A DNA stretch of 64,000 nt, taken from positions 10,017 to 74,016 of the forward strand of contig JBAZMT010000002.1 of NCBI GenBank assembly GCA_041649615.1. The letters are read 5' to 3'. The position numbers and the translations under genes are program-made. The DNA comes from Parcubacteria group bacterium. GTDB lineage: Bacteria > Patescibacteriota > Minisyncoccia > UBA6257 > Colwellbacteraceae. Position 1 is the stretch's first letter. Each line of letters starts with the position of its first letter. Shown one piece after another: positions 49,446-58,113 of the stretch. Below the pieces are notes generated by a model that did not search any database, had not been told where the DNA came from, and worked only from the letters and a program-made list of their open reading frames with translations.

Positions 49446-49526
49446 ATATAGGGAAATAATTATCCCAAACGTCCCTAAAATCAATTTCTTGACGATAGGG
49501 CGGAAACGCAAGAATATATAAGTAAA

Positions 49527-50849
49527 ATGGAAGAGAAAAGGATATATATGGACTATGCGGCAACCGCGCCGGTAGACAGTCAAGTATTATCGGAGATGAT
49601 GCCGTATTTTTCCGAGAATTTCGGGAATCCTTCGTCGGTTCACGAATTTGGCGAAGAGGCACAAAAGGGGGTCGTAAAAGCGAGACAACAAATAGCCGAA
49701 TTCTTGGGATGTGATACTTCGGAAATTCTTTTTACAAGTGGAGCGACCGAAGGGAACAATACGGTCGTAAAAGGAATTGCGATGTCCCGGAAAATATGGG
49801 ACGAGCGAGAAGGAAAGCCGCACATAATAGTGACGGATATTGAACATGATTGCGTGCTTGAGTCGGCGAAAAGAGTTGCGAGAGACGGTCTTGCCGAAGT
49901 TTCGTTCGTGCCGGTTCAAAATGACGGTCGAGTAAACATAGAGACAATAAAAAGTCTTATTCGACCCGAAACGGCGCTTGTTTCCGTAATGTATGCCAAT
50001 AACGAAACCGGCGCGATACAGCCGATCAGGGAAATCGGAAAAATGATAGCGGAGTTGAATGCCACGGGAAGAAAAAGAATTTATTTTCATTCGGATTCCG
50101 CTCAGGCGGCGAATTATCTGGACTGCAACGTAAATAACTTACAGGTGGATTTACTTACCATTTCAGCGCACAAGATATACGGGCCGAAAGGAATAGGAGT
50201 GCTTTATGTAAGGAAGGGAACGCCGCTTGCGAAATTCATGGACGGCGGAGAACAGGAATACAAATTAAGGGCGGGAACGCATAACACGCCGGGAATAGTC
50301 GGTTTCGGAAGCGCCGTCTCAAGAATTAAGGATTACGCGGCAAAAAACGAAGAAATAAGGGTCTTAAGAGATAAGCTGATAGACGGAATACTTTCTTCGG
50401 TATCTCGTTCGGCATTGAACGGTCCGAAAGAAAACAGGTTGCCTAATAATGCGAATATCAGGTTTGAAGGAGCCGAGGGAGAAGCAATACTTGTGATGTT
50501 AAGCCAGGCCGGAATATCAGTTTCAACCGGTTCGGCTTGCGCGGCAAAATCTTTATCTCCTTCGCACGTTTTGAAAGCGATGGGAATGAGCGATCTTGAC
50601 GCGCACAGTTCAATCAGATTTTCTTTGGGAAGAGGAACGACAGCGGAAGACGTAAATTACGTGATATCCGTGTTACCGGGAATAATAGAAAAACTTCGCA
50701 GTGTTAGCGGAAGTTTCGGCGAACCGGCAAAGCAACCCTCTTCCGAAACAAACATGTTTTATAGCGATGACGTGCTTGATCGCGGAGGACTGCCCGCGGA
50801 TTTGGGATGTGAGAAGAACAGGAAAACGGGAGAGATAAAAGAAGAATAA
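49527..50849 (+). CDS. iscS: Cysteine desulfurase (copy 2)
   Basis: YMDYAATAP, FTSGATE, SAHKIYGPKG, STGSAC; upstream of iscU. Confidence 0.95.
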   Translation: MEEKRIYMDYAATAPVDSQVLSEMMPYFSENFGNPSSVHEFGEEAQKGVVKARQQIAEFLGCDTSEILFTSGATEGNNTVVKGIAMSRKIWDEREGKPHIIVTDIEHDCVLESAKRVARDGLAEVSFVPVQNDGRVNIETIKSLIRPETALVSVMYANNETGAIQPIREIGKMIAELNATGRKRIYFHSDSAQAANYLDCNVNNLQVDLLTISAHKIYGPKGIGVLYVRKGTPLAKFMDGGEQEYKLRAGTHNTPGIVGFGSAVSRIKDYAAKNEEIRVLRDKLIDGILSSVSRSALNGPKENRLPNNANIRFEGAEGEAILVMLSQAGISVSTGSACAAKSLSPSHVLKAMGMSDLDAHSSIRFSLGRGTTAEDVNYVISVLPGIIEKLRSVSGSFGEPAKQPSSETNMFYSDDVLDRGGLPADLGCEKNRKTGEIKEE

Positions 50850-50853
50850 AGAT

Positions 50854-51216
50854 ATGTATTCAAAAGAAGTAATGGAGCATTTTCAGAACCCGAGAAATAT
50901 GGGGGCTTTGGAAAATCCGGAAGCGGTTGGAAACGTGGGAAACCCCGTTTGCGGGGACATGATGAAGATTTATTTGAAGATTAAAGACGGAGTGATAAAA
51001 GATATCGGGTTTGAAACTTTAGGATGTGTCGCGGCGATTGCCACCTCGTCAATGATAACCGAACTTGCGAAGGGGAAAACTTTGGAAGAGGCGGAAAAAA
51101 TTGAATTTAAAGACGTTGAGCACGCGCTTGGTTCTTTACCGCCTATTAAAATGCACTGCGCCGATTTATCAGTTCAGGCATTAAGGAAGGCAATAAAGGA
51201 GTATAGGGAAAATTAG
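50854..51216 (+). CDS. iscU: Fe-S cluster scaffold IscU/NifU
   Basis: YSKEVMEHFQNPRN, GNPVCGD, GCVAAIA, KMHC. Confidence 0.95.
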   Translation: MYSKEVMEHFQNPRNMGALENPEAVGNVGNPVCGDMMKIYLKIKDGVIKDIGFETLGCVAAIATSSMITELAKGKTLEEAEKIEFKDVEHALGSLPPIKMHCADLSVQALRKAIKEYREN

Positions 51217-51249
51217 AATCTGCGAAAAAAGAGTTTTATTTTTTTATGT

Positions 51250-51287
51250 AATCTGTAATTAGTGACGATCGTCACTAATTACAGATT
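51250..51287. repeat. 38-bp perfect palindrome, same family as 22256-22291
   Basis: aatctgtaattagtgacga/tcgtcactaattacagatt. Confidence 0.85.
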
Positions 51288-51370
51288 TTCAAAATTTCCA
51301 TCATTTGGCGAATTTATCAATAAGTTGCGAAAACAGGTGGTTTTTGGCAATATTCTTGACGTATATATGG

Positions 51371-51442
51371 GGCCCTATCGTCTAGTGGTTAGGACATCAG
51401 GTTTTCATCCTGGTAACAGGGGTTCGATTCCCCTTAGGGCTG
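51371..51442 (+). tRNA. tRNA-Glu(TTC)
   Basis: GGCCCTA...TAGGGCTG, TCAGG-TTTTCAT-CCTGG. Confidence 0.93.
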
Positions 51443-51443
51443 C

Positions 51444-52949
51444 GTGCAAAGATTTTTTGAAATTCTGCCGGGGGCGCTTGCTTGGACGACCATAATCGCA
51501 ATGTTTTTCGTTTCGTGGCTTTTTCCCGTTGAAACGGCGATATTCATCATTCTTTTTGACATCTACTTCTTGCTTCGGACGATTCACTTTGCGATACACC
51601 TGGGTTTCGGGTATCGGGAAATGAAGAGGACGCAAAAAATAAACTGGCTGGAACGAACGAAAGAGTTGCCAGAAAGAAACGGGAAAAAGTGGAGCGATAT
51701 GTATCACCTTGTGATTTTCCCCATGTATAAGGAATCTTTGTCCGTCGTGAGAGAGAGTTTTAATTCGCTTTTGAAAACGAATTATCCGCTAGACCGGTTT
51801 ATCGTGGTTCTTTCCGGCGAAGAAAGAGCGGGAGAAGAGACGAGAGAACTAATAGATAAAATAAAAGAAGAATATGACGGGAAATTTTTCAGACTTTTTA
51901 CGACTATACATCCGAGCGATTTGCCGAACGAGATTCCGGGAAAAGGATCAAACGAAACTTGGGCGGCGAGAAGCGTAAAAGAGAAGGTAATAGATAAAGA
52001 AAATATTCCTTACGAGAATATTTTGGTTTCCACTTTTGACATAGATACGCAAGTTTTTCCCGATTATTTCGGCCGTCTGACTTGCGCTTACTTCACGGCG
52101 GAATATCCAGATAGAAGCAGCTACCAGCCGGTTGTGTTTTTTATAAACAATATTTACGAAGCTCCGATATTTGCGCGGATCGTGGCTTTTTCAACGACTT
52201 TTTGGAACATAATGAGCCAGGTCAGGCCGGAGAAGCTTATAACTTTTTCATCGCACTCAATGCCTTTCAAAGCGCTCGTGGAAATCGGATTTTGGATGAC
52301 AAATCACGTTTCGGAAGATTCCCTTATTTTTTGGCAGTGTTTTTTGCATTACAACGGCGACTGGAGAACGATTCCTTTGAATTATCCCGTATCAATGGAT
52401 GCGAACGTGGCGCCGACTTTTTGGCGAACGATGAAAAACATCTACAAGCAACAAAGAAGATGGGCGTGGGGATGCGAAAACATTCCATACGTTTTCGGAG
52501 GATTCATCAAAAACAAAAAGATAGCCATCCGACAGAAAATATATTGGGTGTATCAACACATAGATATTTATTGGGGATGGGCGACTAACGCCTTGATAAT
52601 TCTTTTGCTCGGCAGGTTGCCTCTTATTCTCGGAGGCGAAAGTTTTAACAAGACGATTCTTTCGTATCAGTTGCCGCAACTTACAAGCACTTTCATGAAC
52701 TTGGCGGTCGTGGGTATCATCACTTCGGCAATAATTTCGGTTGCGATTCTGCCGCCGAAGCCGGAAGGTTTCCGGTGGTATCACTACTTTTTATTTGTCG
52801 TGCAGTGGCTGTTGTTACCGATAAACTTGATAGTATTTAGCGCCATACCGGGACTTGATTCGCAAACGAGAATGATGCTTGGCGGCAAATTCCGGCTTGG
52901 ATTTTGGGTAACACCGAAGGCAAGAAAAGGAGAAAATTTACGAGAGTAA
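51444..52949 (+). CDS. Membrane glycosyltransferase, family 2 (processive-type motifs)
   Basis: PMYKE, GKGSN, FDID, SED, QQRRWAWG (QxxRW), flanking TM helices. Confidence 0.88.
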   Translation: MQRFFEILPGALAWTTIIAMFFVSWLFPVETAIFIILFDIYFLLRTIHFAIHLGFGYREMKRTQKINWLERTKELPERNGKKWSDMYHLVIFPMYKESLSVVRESFNSLLKTNYPLDRFIVVLSGEERAGEETRELIDKIKEEYDGKFFRLFTTIHPSDLPNEIPGKGSNETWAARSVKEKVIDKENIPYENILVSTFDIDTQVFPDYFGRLTCAYFTAEYPDRSSYQPVVFFINNIYEAPIFARIVAFSTTFWNIMSQVRPEKLITFSSHSMPFKALVEIGFWMTNHVSEDSLIFWQCFLHYNGDWRTIPLNYPVSMDANVAPTFWRTMKNIYKQQRRWAWGCENIPYVFGGFIKNKKIAIRQKIYWVYQHIDIYWGWATNALIILLLGRLPLILGGESFNKTILSYQLPQLTSTFMNLAVVGIITSAIISVAILPPKPEGFRWYHYFLFVVQWLLLPINLIVFSAIPGLDSQTRMMLGGKFRLGFWVTPKARKGENLRE

Positions 52950-52975
52950 AACCGGTTTTGTATAATTACTAGGTA

Positions 52976-53503
52976 ATGAGCAATAAGAGGATTTTTATTA
53001 TCGGCGGGATAGTTATTTTCGCTTTTCTCGTTGTGGTCGGGATTCTTTATTATTTTGGCAATAACTCCAGGGGAAAATTGGGCGGAGAATCAACGGGAGA
53101 CGCTTTTCTTGAAGAACTTGAAAACATTCCGGTGCCGGAGATGGGAGAAACGCCCTCAAATGAATCGGTTGCCGTTCCAGTCTCCGTAAGAGAAGCGGTA
53201 GAAGGGGCGAGCGAACAAATCAGATCTTTTCTTGTCAGCGTAGAGAAAGAGAAATTTACGCCGTCCATAGTTTCGGTAAATAAGAACGACACGGTACACA
53301 TTAATTTCACGGCGGTAGACGATGATTATGACGTGGTCGTTCCGGATTACGGGTTAAGTCAGAGGATGAGGAGAGGAGAAACAAAGACAATTGAATTTAG
53401 GGCGGAAACGGAAGGAACACACGTTTATTATTGCGAATCGTGCGGAGGATTGGACTCTCAAGCAAAAGGGTACATCGTGGTTAAATCATCCACACCCAAC
53501 TAG
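52976..53503 (+). CDS. Membrane-anchored cupredoxin-like domain protein
   Basis: FTPSIVSVNKNDTVHINF...GTHVYYCESCG...GYIVV. Confidence 0.75.
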   Translation: MSNKRIFIIGGIVIFAFLVVVGILYYFGNNSRGKLGGESTGDAFLEELENIPVPEMGETPSNESVAVPVSVREAVEGASEQIRSFLVSVEKEKFTPSIVSVNKNDTVHINFTAVDDDYDVVVPDYGLSQRMRRGETKTIEFRAETEGTHVYYCESCGGLDSQAKGYIVVKSSTPN

Positions 53504-53530
53504 TAAATGAGAATGATATAATTAAATCGG

Positions 53531-54259
53531 ATGAGGAAGATCGCGTTTTTGATTTTCGCCGTTATGGGGATCGCTGTATTTTCTGCGGCGCCGGTTTTGG
53601 CTTGGACCAATCCAGCAGCTAATCCGGCAACGGGAGGAGGAGCGGTAACGGCGGAACAGAATGCTCCAGCAAGTTCCATTCTTATAAAGAACACAGGCGG
53701 AGTTTGGATTAATACGACGACGGATACGAGGCCTCTTGTGATTTCGCGCAATGGAACCGATAGCGAGCGGATAAATATCGGGATAACGGACGGCACAACA
53801 AATTTCTATTACAAAAATGACGAGGCGGTAGGTTCGATCTCCTTTAGAATTCAAAATACGGACACCGAGACGGGAGGAGGGGCGGCGGCGAATGATAATG
53901 TGATAATGACCATCTTGGGCGGCGGAGCAAGTTACGATAACGGTCGCGTCGGTATAGGTACTGCCAGTCCTTCATATAAATTGTCCGTAGCGGGTTGGAT
54001 CCAATCAACTACCGGCGGGTTTAGGTTTCCTGATGGAACAACCCAGACAACGGCTGCCAGCAGTTCTACCGTAAACGCGGCGAATGTTTCTGCGGGAACG
54101 TTCGGGGACAACACGGGAGGAGGTATTTATCTTTTCCCCTCAAATATCGGATTTAAGAGCGGTGTAAGCTCGTTTACGATACGGCCCATAAGCACTACGT
54201 CTATGGGAATTTATGATAGCGCGGGAGCGCAAGTGCTTGTTCTAGACGAAGGAACATAG
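53531..54259 (+). CDS. Secreted Gly/Thr-rich fibre-like protein
   Basis: Signal peptide (...PVLA), GRVGIGTASPSYKLSVAG and GGFRFPDGTTQTTA motifs reminiscent of tail-fibre-like beta repeats. Confidence 0.7.
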   Translation: MRKIAFLIFAVMGIAVFSAAPVLAWTNPAANPATGGGAVTAEQNAPASSILIKNTGGVWINTTTDTRPLVISRNGTDSERINIGITDGTTNFYYKNDEAVGSISFRIQNTDTETGGGAAANDNVIMTILGGGASYDNGRVGIGTASPSYKLSVAGWIQSTTGGFRFPDGTTQTTAASSSTVNAANVSAGTFGDNTGGGIYLFPSNIGFKSGVSSFTIRPISTTSMGIYDSAGAQVLVLDEGT

Positions 54260-54410
54260 TTTTGTCTGTTGCCGTTTTTCAGAACCGACGTTCTCTGTCT
54301 CCAGCGAGAAGAGCCGTCTACCTCTCGGGCTTTTGCCCGATTTTTTAAAAAAATCGGGACCGCACCAAAAGCCCTCCGACAGTTTCCTCAAAACAACAAC
54401 AGTACAAAAC
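54260..54410. repeat. Nested inverted-repeat element between the fibre gene and tatC
   Basis: ttttgtctgttg/caacagtacaaaa outer arms, gggcttttg/caaaagccc, cccgattttttaaaaaaatcggg. Confidence 0.6.
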
Positions 54411-54449
54411 GTAAAGGGGGTTGGAAAAAAATAGTGTAAAATTGAATTG

Positions 54450-55193
54450 ATGGCTTTTGTTTGGGACGAGTTGAAGGAACTAAAAAGAATTTTTATTCCG
54501 TGGGTTTATATATTCGGGGTTTTGGGAATAGGATTTTTTTCGGTACCTGTTTTAGAAGGTAAAACGATCGCGGCGGAGGCATTCTTGCAAATGAAAAGCA
54601 TGCTCGTGCCGAAGGAAGTGGAATTTATCGTTACCGAGCCGGTTTCGGCGTTCGTGGTGCAAGTGGGCATCGCGCTTATGATCTCTTTTATTCTCACTTC
54701 GCCTTTTTTCTTTTACAGGCTAGCCAAATACATTTCGGGGGCGCTTTACGACAAAGAAAGAAGAACGTTACGAAAATTGTTTTTACCGGCGGCATTTCTT
54801 TTCGCGGCGGGGGCGGTATTCGGCTATTTCATAATCTTGCCGCCCACTTTTAAAATCCTTTACGAATATGCGGGGAATATCGGAGCAAAACCCTTCTTTT
54901 CCGTATCCGATTTTGCCGTTTTTACGCTTGGATTCACCTTCGCCTGCGGGATAATGTTTCTTCTGCCCGTGGCGATGGGAATCCTGAATTTCGTAGGGGT
55001 TACTAATAGAGCCATGTGGAAGAAAAACTGGCGTTACGCTTTCTTAATTTTTCTAATCGTGTCTGCTATAATTACGCCAGATGGAAGCGGGGTTACGATG
55101 ATAATGCTTTCATTGCCCTTGACCGGACTTTATTTTGTAGGCTCGGTCGCGGGTGGTAACGGTCGAAAACAAACTAAAAAGGATAAAAAATAA
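54450..55193 (+). CDS. tatC: Twin-arginine translocase subunit TatC
   Basis: ELKELK, P..AF, ALYDKERR, FGYFIILP, F.LPV, WRYA...SAIITPDGS; about 6 TM helices. Confidence 0.93.
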   Translation: MAFVWDELKELKRIFIPWVYIFGVLGIGFFSVPVLEGKTIAAEAFLQMKSMLVPKEVEFIVTEPVSAFVVQVGIALMISFILTSPFFFYRLAKYISGALYDKERRTLRKLFLPAAFLFAAGAVFGYFIILPPTFKILYEYAGNIGAKPFFSVSDFAVFTLGFTFACGIMFLLPVAMGILNFVGVTNRAMWKKNWRYAFLIFLIVSAIITPDGSGVTMIMLSLPLTGLYFVGSVAGGNGRKQTKKDKK

Positions 55194-55194
55194 A

Positions 55195-55374
55195 ATGGGT
55201 TTCACAGAACTAGCGATAATAGTTGTTCTTGCAATAATTGTTTTCTTTGGCGGCAAAAAAATAGCCGAGCTTGCGAGGTCGGCCGGTCGCGCTTCGGCTG
55301 AATTCAAGAAAGGAAAGCTAGAGGCGGAGAAGGAAGTCAAAGACTTGATGAAAGACAATGAAGGCAAAAAATAA
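55195..55374 (+). CDS. tatA: Twin-arginine translocase subunit TatA
   Basis: MGFTELAII...FFGGKKIAELARSAGRASAEFKKG. Confidence 0.93.
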   Translation: MGFTELAIIVVLAIIVFFGGKKIAELARSAGRASAEFKKGKLEAEKEVKDLMKDNEGKK

Positions 55375-55615
55375 GACAAACGAAAAAAGAAGAAAATTTC
55401 TGAAGCTCTTGGCTTTTGGCGGAATTGCGCTCGTAGCGGCAAAACTTTTCGGGAATAAACTAACGGCTTTAGCGGCTCCCGTTTCCGCTTTGCCGAAGAA
55501 AAAAGAAAGCCAAAAAACGTTCGGGGACAAAGTAAATATGATTGAGGACGACAAGCAAGTGGCTTTCATTGATAAGAGAACGGGAGAAGAAATATTTATT
55601 TTAGAAAAAGACTAA
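55358..55615 (+). CDS. Small protein with twin-arginine signal
   Basis: EKRRKFLKLLAFGGIALVAA matches RRxFLK. Confidence 0.85.
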   Translation: MKAKNKTNEKRRKFLKLLAFGGIALVAAKLFGNKLTALAAPVSALPKKKESQKTFGDKVNMIEDDKQVAFIDKRTGEEIFILEKD

Positions 55616-55616
55616 A

Positions 55617-55904
55617 ATGGCAATTAAAATATCCAAAAACAGGCTGGATATGGACAGCAAACCGATCAAGAATTCGGGACGCATAGACGCGACCGAAATT
55701 CACGGGATAGTTTATTACACGGACGTTCATTTTGAGGAAAAAGAATGCGCCGTTTGCGGAGCGCGTTTTAAGCCCGGAGACGGAATTGCGCTTTATGTCA
55801 GGAGAGTAACCGCGAAAGGAACCGATCTGATCCCGGCCCACATAGATTGTTTTTGCTGCGAGACAAAGAAAGGTCAATCAAAAAAGAAAATAAAAAAAAG
55901 ATAA
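55617..55904 (+). CDS. Small protein with a putative Zn finger (CxxC...HxxC)
   Basis: CAVC...HIDCFCC; tightly coupled to neighbours. Confidence 0.7.
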   Translation: MAIKISKNRLDMDSKPIKNSGRIDATEIHGIVYYTDVHFEEKECAVCGARFKPGDGIALYVRRVTAKGTDLIPAHIDCFCCETKKGQSKKKIKKR

Positions 55905-56179
55905 TGGCGTTTGAATGGAAATTAATAGGGGACGATACGGGCGACGCAAAAACGGAAACTTCACAACCAGCGCAATCAACGCCTGTTCCACAGCCGGTGA
56001 CTTCGCAATCGGAGAATCCAAAGCCTGCGCAGTCAGAAGCGGAAACGCCTGCTAACGGACCGGCTTGTCCGAACCATAACGCATCGGAGAATACGGGTTA
56101 TCACAACGTTCATGACTCGGGAGTTTATAACTCGTATGATACGGGAGCGAACGTAGATGAGAATTCGGTAGTTGGTTAA
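55904..56179 (+). CDS. MAF(E)W-leader His/Asn repeat protein A (short)
   Basis: ATG overlaps the upstream TAA; MAFEW, Pro/Gln linker, CPNHN then 4-residue repeats. Confidence 0.75.
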   Translation: MAFEWKLIGDDTGDAKTETSQPAQSTPVPQPVTSQSENPKPAQSEAETPANGPACPNHNASENTGYHNVHDSGVYNSYDTGANVDENSVVG

Positions 56180-56203
56180 TTTTTTTAAAAAAAAGAAAGA
56201 TAA

Positions 56204-57124
56204 ATGGCGTTTACTTGGAGCTCGCTTAGCGCGGGAAGCCCAATTGAAGACGAAGACTATAACGAGGTTAAAACAAACCTCGATTCGGTGTATTCGGCTT
56301 TAGGAATTTCCAGGCCAAGCTGCTCGGGGCCAGGATGGACGGTTTTGCCCGTATCAAGCGGTTCGGCGATAACTTCGGCTCAATCACAGCAGTTAAGGGA
56401 CGTAACGGACTATGCCGATACGAATTGGTGTAAGACGCACAACACGGCGCATTGTAGCGGAGTTAATTCTACTGAAAATGTAACTCATAATAGCGGTAAT
56501 AATGCAACAGTTAATGCGACGGCCAATACAACCGTTAGATCAACCCACAATTCTGGTCATTATACCTCTTACAACGCAACGGTGGATGCGTCGGATTATG
56601 TGAATGATTTCATGACTAACTGTTACCATTACATTGCTGCTGATTCTGCGGCAAAGGTAAATGATTATGTGACTGTTCAGACTATGCACTTCTCCGCTTT
56701 TCAATCTGGCCTATGTGGACAGGAGAACACTACACATAATACCACTGTTCGAGCAGCGCATTGGGGTCCTTTTAATGGAACGGTTAATTTAACAGTAAGA
56801 GCAGCGCACAATGCCGATTACGACAGTCCCGACAACATAGGAGCGCAGGCGACAAATAATACCACCCATTACGGTTCAAACTGGAGTCCTTATAACAACG
56901 GCGTTAATACGTCTGTAAGGAGCGCTTATTACGTTGATAACGACGCGCCCGATTACATAAGCGTAAGAACAACGCATAATACCACTCATTTAAGCGCGCA
57001 TAATGGTACTGTTCGAGCCGCCTATTGGGGGCCGTATAACGGAACGGTATATACGACGCACAAGGGAACACATCACTCAAATTATGACGGGACGGATAAC
57101 AGTACGGTGAGAAGCGTTTATTAA
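56204..57124 (+). CDS. MAF(T)W-leader His/Asn/Tyr/Trp tetrapeptide-repeat protein B
   Basis: MAFTW; CKTHN then NTTH/NTTV/RAAH/WGPY/NGTV repeats. Confidence 0.85.
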   Translation: MAFTWSSLSAGSPIEDEDYNEVKTNLDSVYSALGISRPSCSGPGWTVLPVSSGSAITSAQSQQLRDVTDYADTNWCKTHNTAHCSGVNSTENVTHNSGNNATVNATANTTVRSTHNSGHYTSYNATVDASDYVNDFMTNCYHYIAADSAAKVNDYVTVQTMHFSAFQSGLCGQENTTHNTTVRAAHWGPFNGTVNLTVRAAHNADYDSPDNIGAQATNNTTHYGSNWSPYNNGVNTSVRSAYYVDNDAPDYISVRTTHNTTHLSAHNGTVRAAYWGPYNGTVYTTHKGTHHSNYDGTDNSTVRSVY

Positions 57125-57136
57125 TATAGAAAACAA

Positions 57137-57937
57137 ATGGCTTTTACTTGGCAACAAAATATAGGAGTGGGTTCTTCCATTGATGCGGCGGATATTTTAG
57201 AAATTCGCACGAACGTTAATACGGTAGATTCTAAAAAATGTGTAACTCACAACGCGGGTGTTAATACAACTTATAATTCTGGGGTAGACAGCACTGATAG
57301 AGCGAGTCATTACTCAGGGCAGAACACAACGGTACGGTCGACTTATAATAGCAGTCAAAACAGTGCAAATAATGTAACTGTTTATACAGGACAAGACTCT
57401 GGTTATCATGGCACTGCCGATGCTGAATTTTGGGGACAGCACCACACAAGTGAAGAAGTGGGAGCGAAAACTTATGTTTATTCAGGCTTTAATACAGGTG
57501 TTTATACAAACCAAGATGCAGGGGTATTCACGGGCAATAATAGTGCTGTTCGAGCTACTCATAATACTACACACGACGGGAGCGATTATGATACGCAATA
57601 TTCTTCGCAGAATACTACCCATAACGGCGCACACTGGAGTCCGTATAACGGATACGTATATACGACAGTAAGGGCAAATTATTATGTGGATAATGATACG
57701 CCCGACTATATATCACACAACACAAACAACAATACCACTCACTACGGTTCAAACTGGAGCCCATATAATTCAAGCGTTAATACGACGGTTAGAGCAACTC
57801 ATAATGCGGGCGTATTGAGCATTCATAATAGCAATCACGACGGAGGAGACTATACGAGCCAGTATTCTACTCATAATCCGAACTATAAAACCGCTCATTG
57901 GGGACCGTATAATGCAACGCACAATCGCAATTATTAG
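57137..57937 (+). CDS. MAF(T)W-leader His/Asn/Tyr/Trp tetrapeptide-repeat protein C
   Basis: MAFTW; CVTHN then the same repeat vocabulary; shares blocks with protein B. Confidence 0.85.
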   Translation: MAFTWQQNIGVGSSIDAADILEIRTNVNTVDSKKCVTHNAGVNTTYNSGVDSTDRASHYSGQNTTVRSTYNSSQNSANNVTVYTGQDSGYHGTADAEFWGQHHTSEEVGAKTYVYSGFNTGVYTNQDAGVFTGNNSAVRATHNTTHDGSDYDTQYSSQNTTHNGAHWSPYNGYVYTTVRANYYVDNDTPDYISHNTNNNTTHYGSNWSPYNSSVNTTVRATHNAGVLSIHNSNHDGGDYTSQYSTHNPNYKTAHWGPYNATHNRNY

Positions 57938-58037
57938 CCTAGAAACTAGAAACCAGTATTTATACGGTAAACTAGAAAACGAATTTGGGTTCTGATTTTT
58001 ACGGGCCTATCTTGATTAGGATTATGGCGGAGACGGA

Positions 58038-58064
58038 CCCTCCTACGCTAAAACTACGGAAGGG
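58038..58064. repeat. REP-like hairpin upstream of the radical SAM genes
   Basis: ccctcctacgctaaaactacggaaggg (reverse strand ccgtag...gcgtagg). Confidence 0.55.
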
Positions 58065-58113
58065 TGGCGACTGTCAAGTTGATATAGAGGAACCCCTTAA
58101 CTAAAATAGGAGG

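Noticed and set aside
56204-57937. CRISPR array or DGR template/variable repeat in the repetitive region
   Set aside because: The repeats are in-frame coding with synonymous variation. There is no constant repeat-spacer pattern, no cas or reverse transcriptase gene, and no adenine-specific mismatch pattern.
53531-57937. Prophage tail module
   Set aside because: Fibre-like motifs are present, but there is no capsid, terminase, portal, integrase or lysis gene; signal peptides and tatAC point to a cellular export system.
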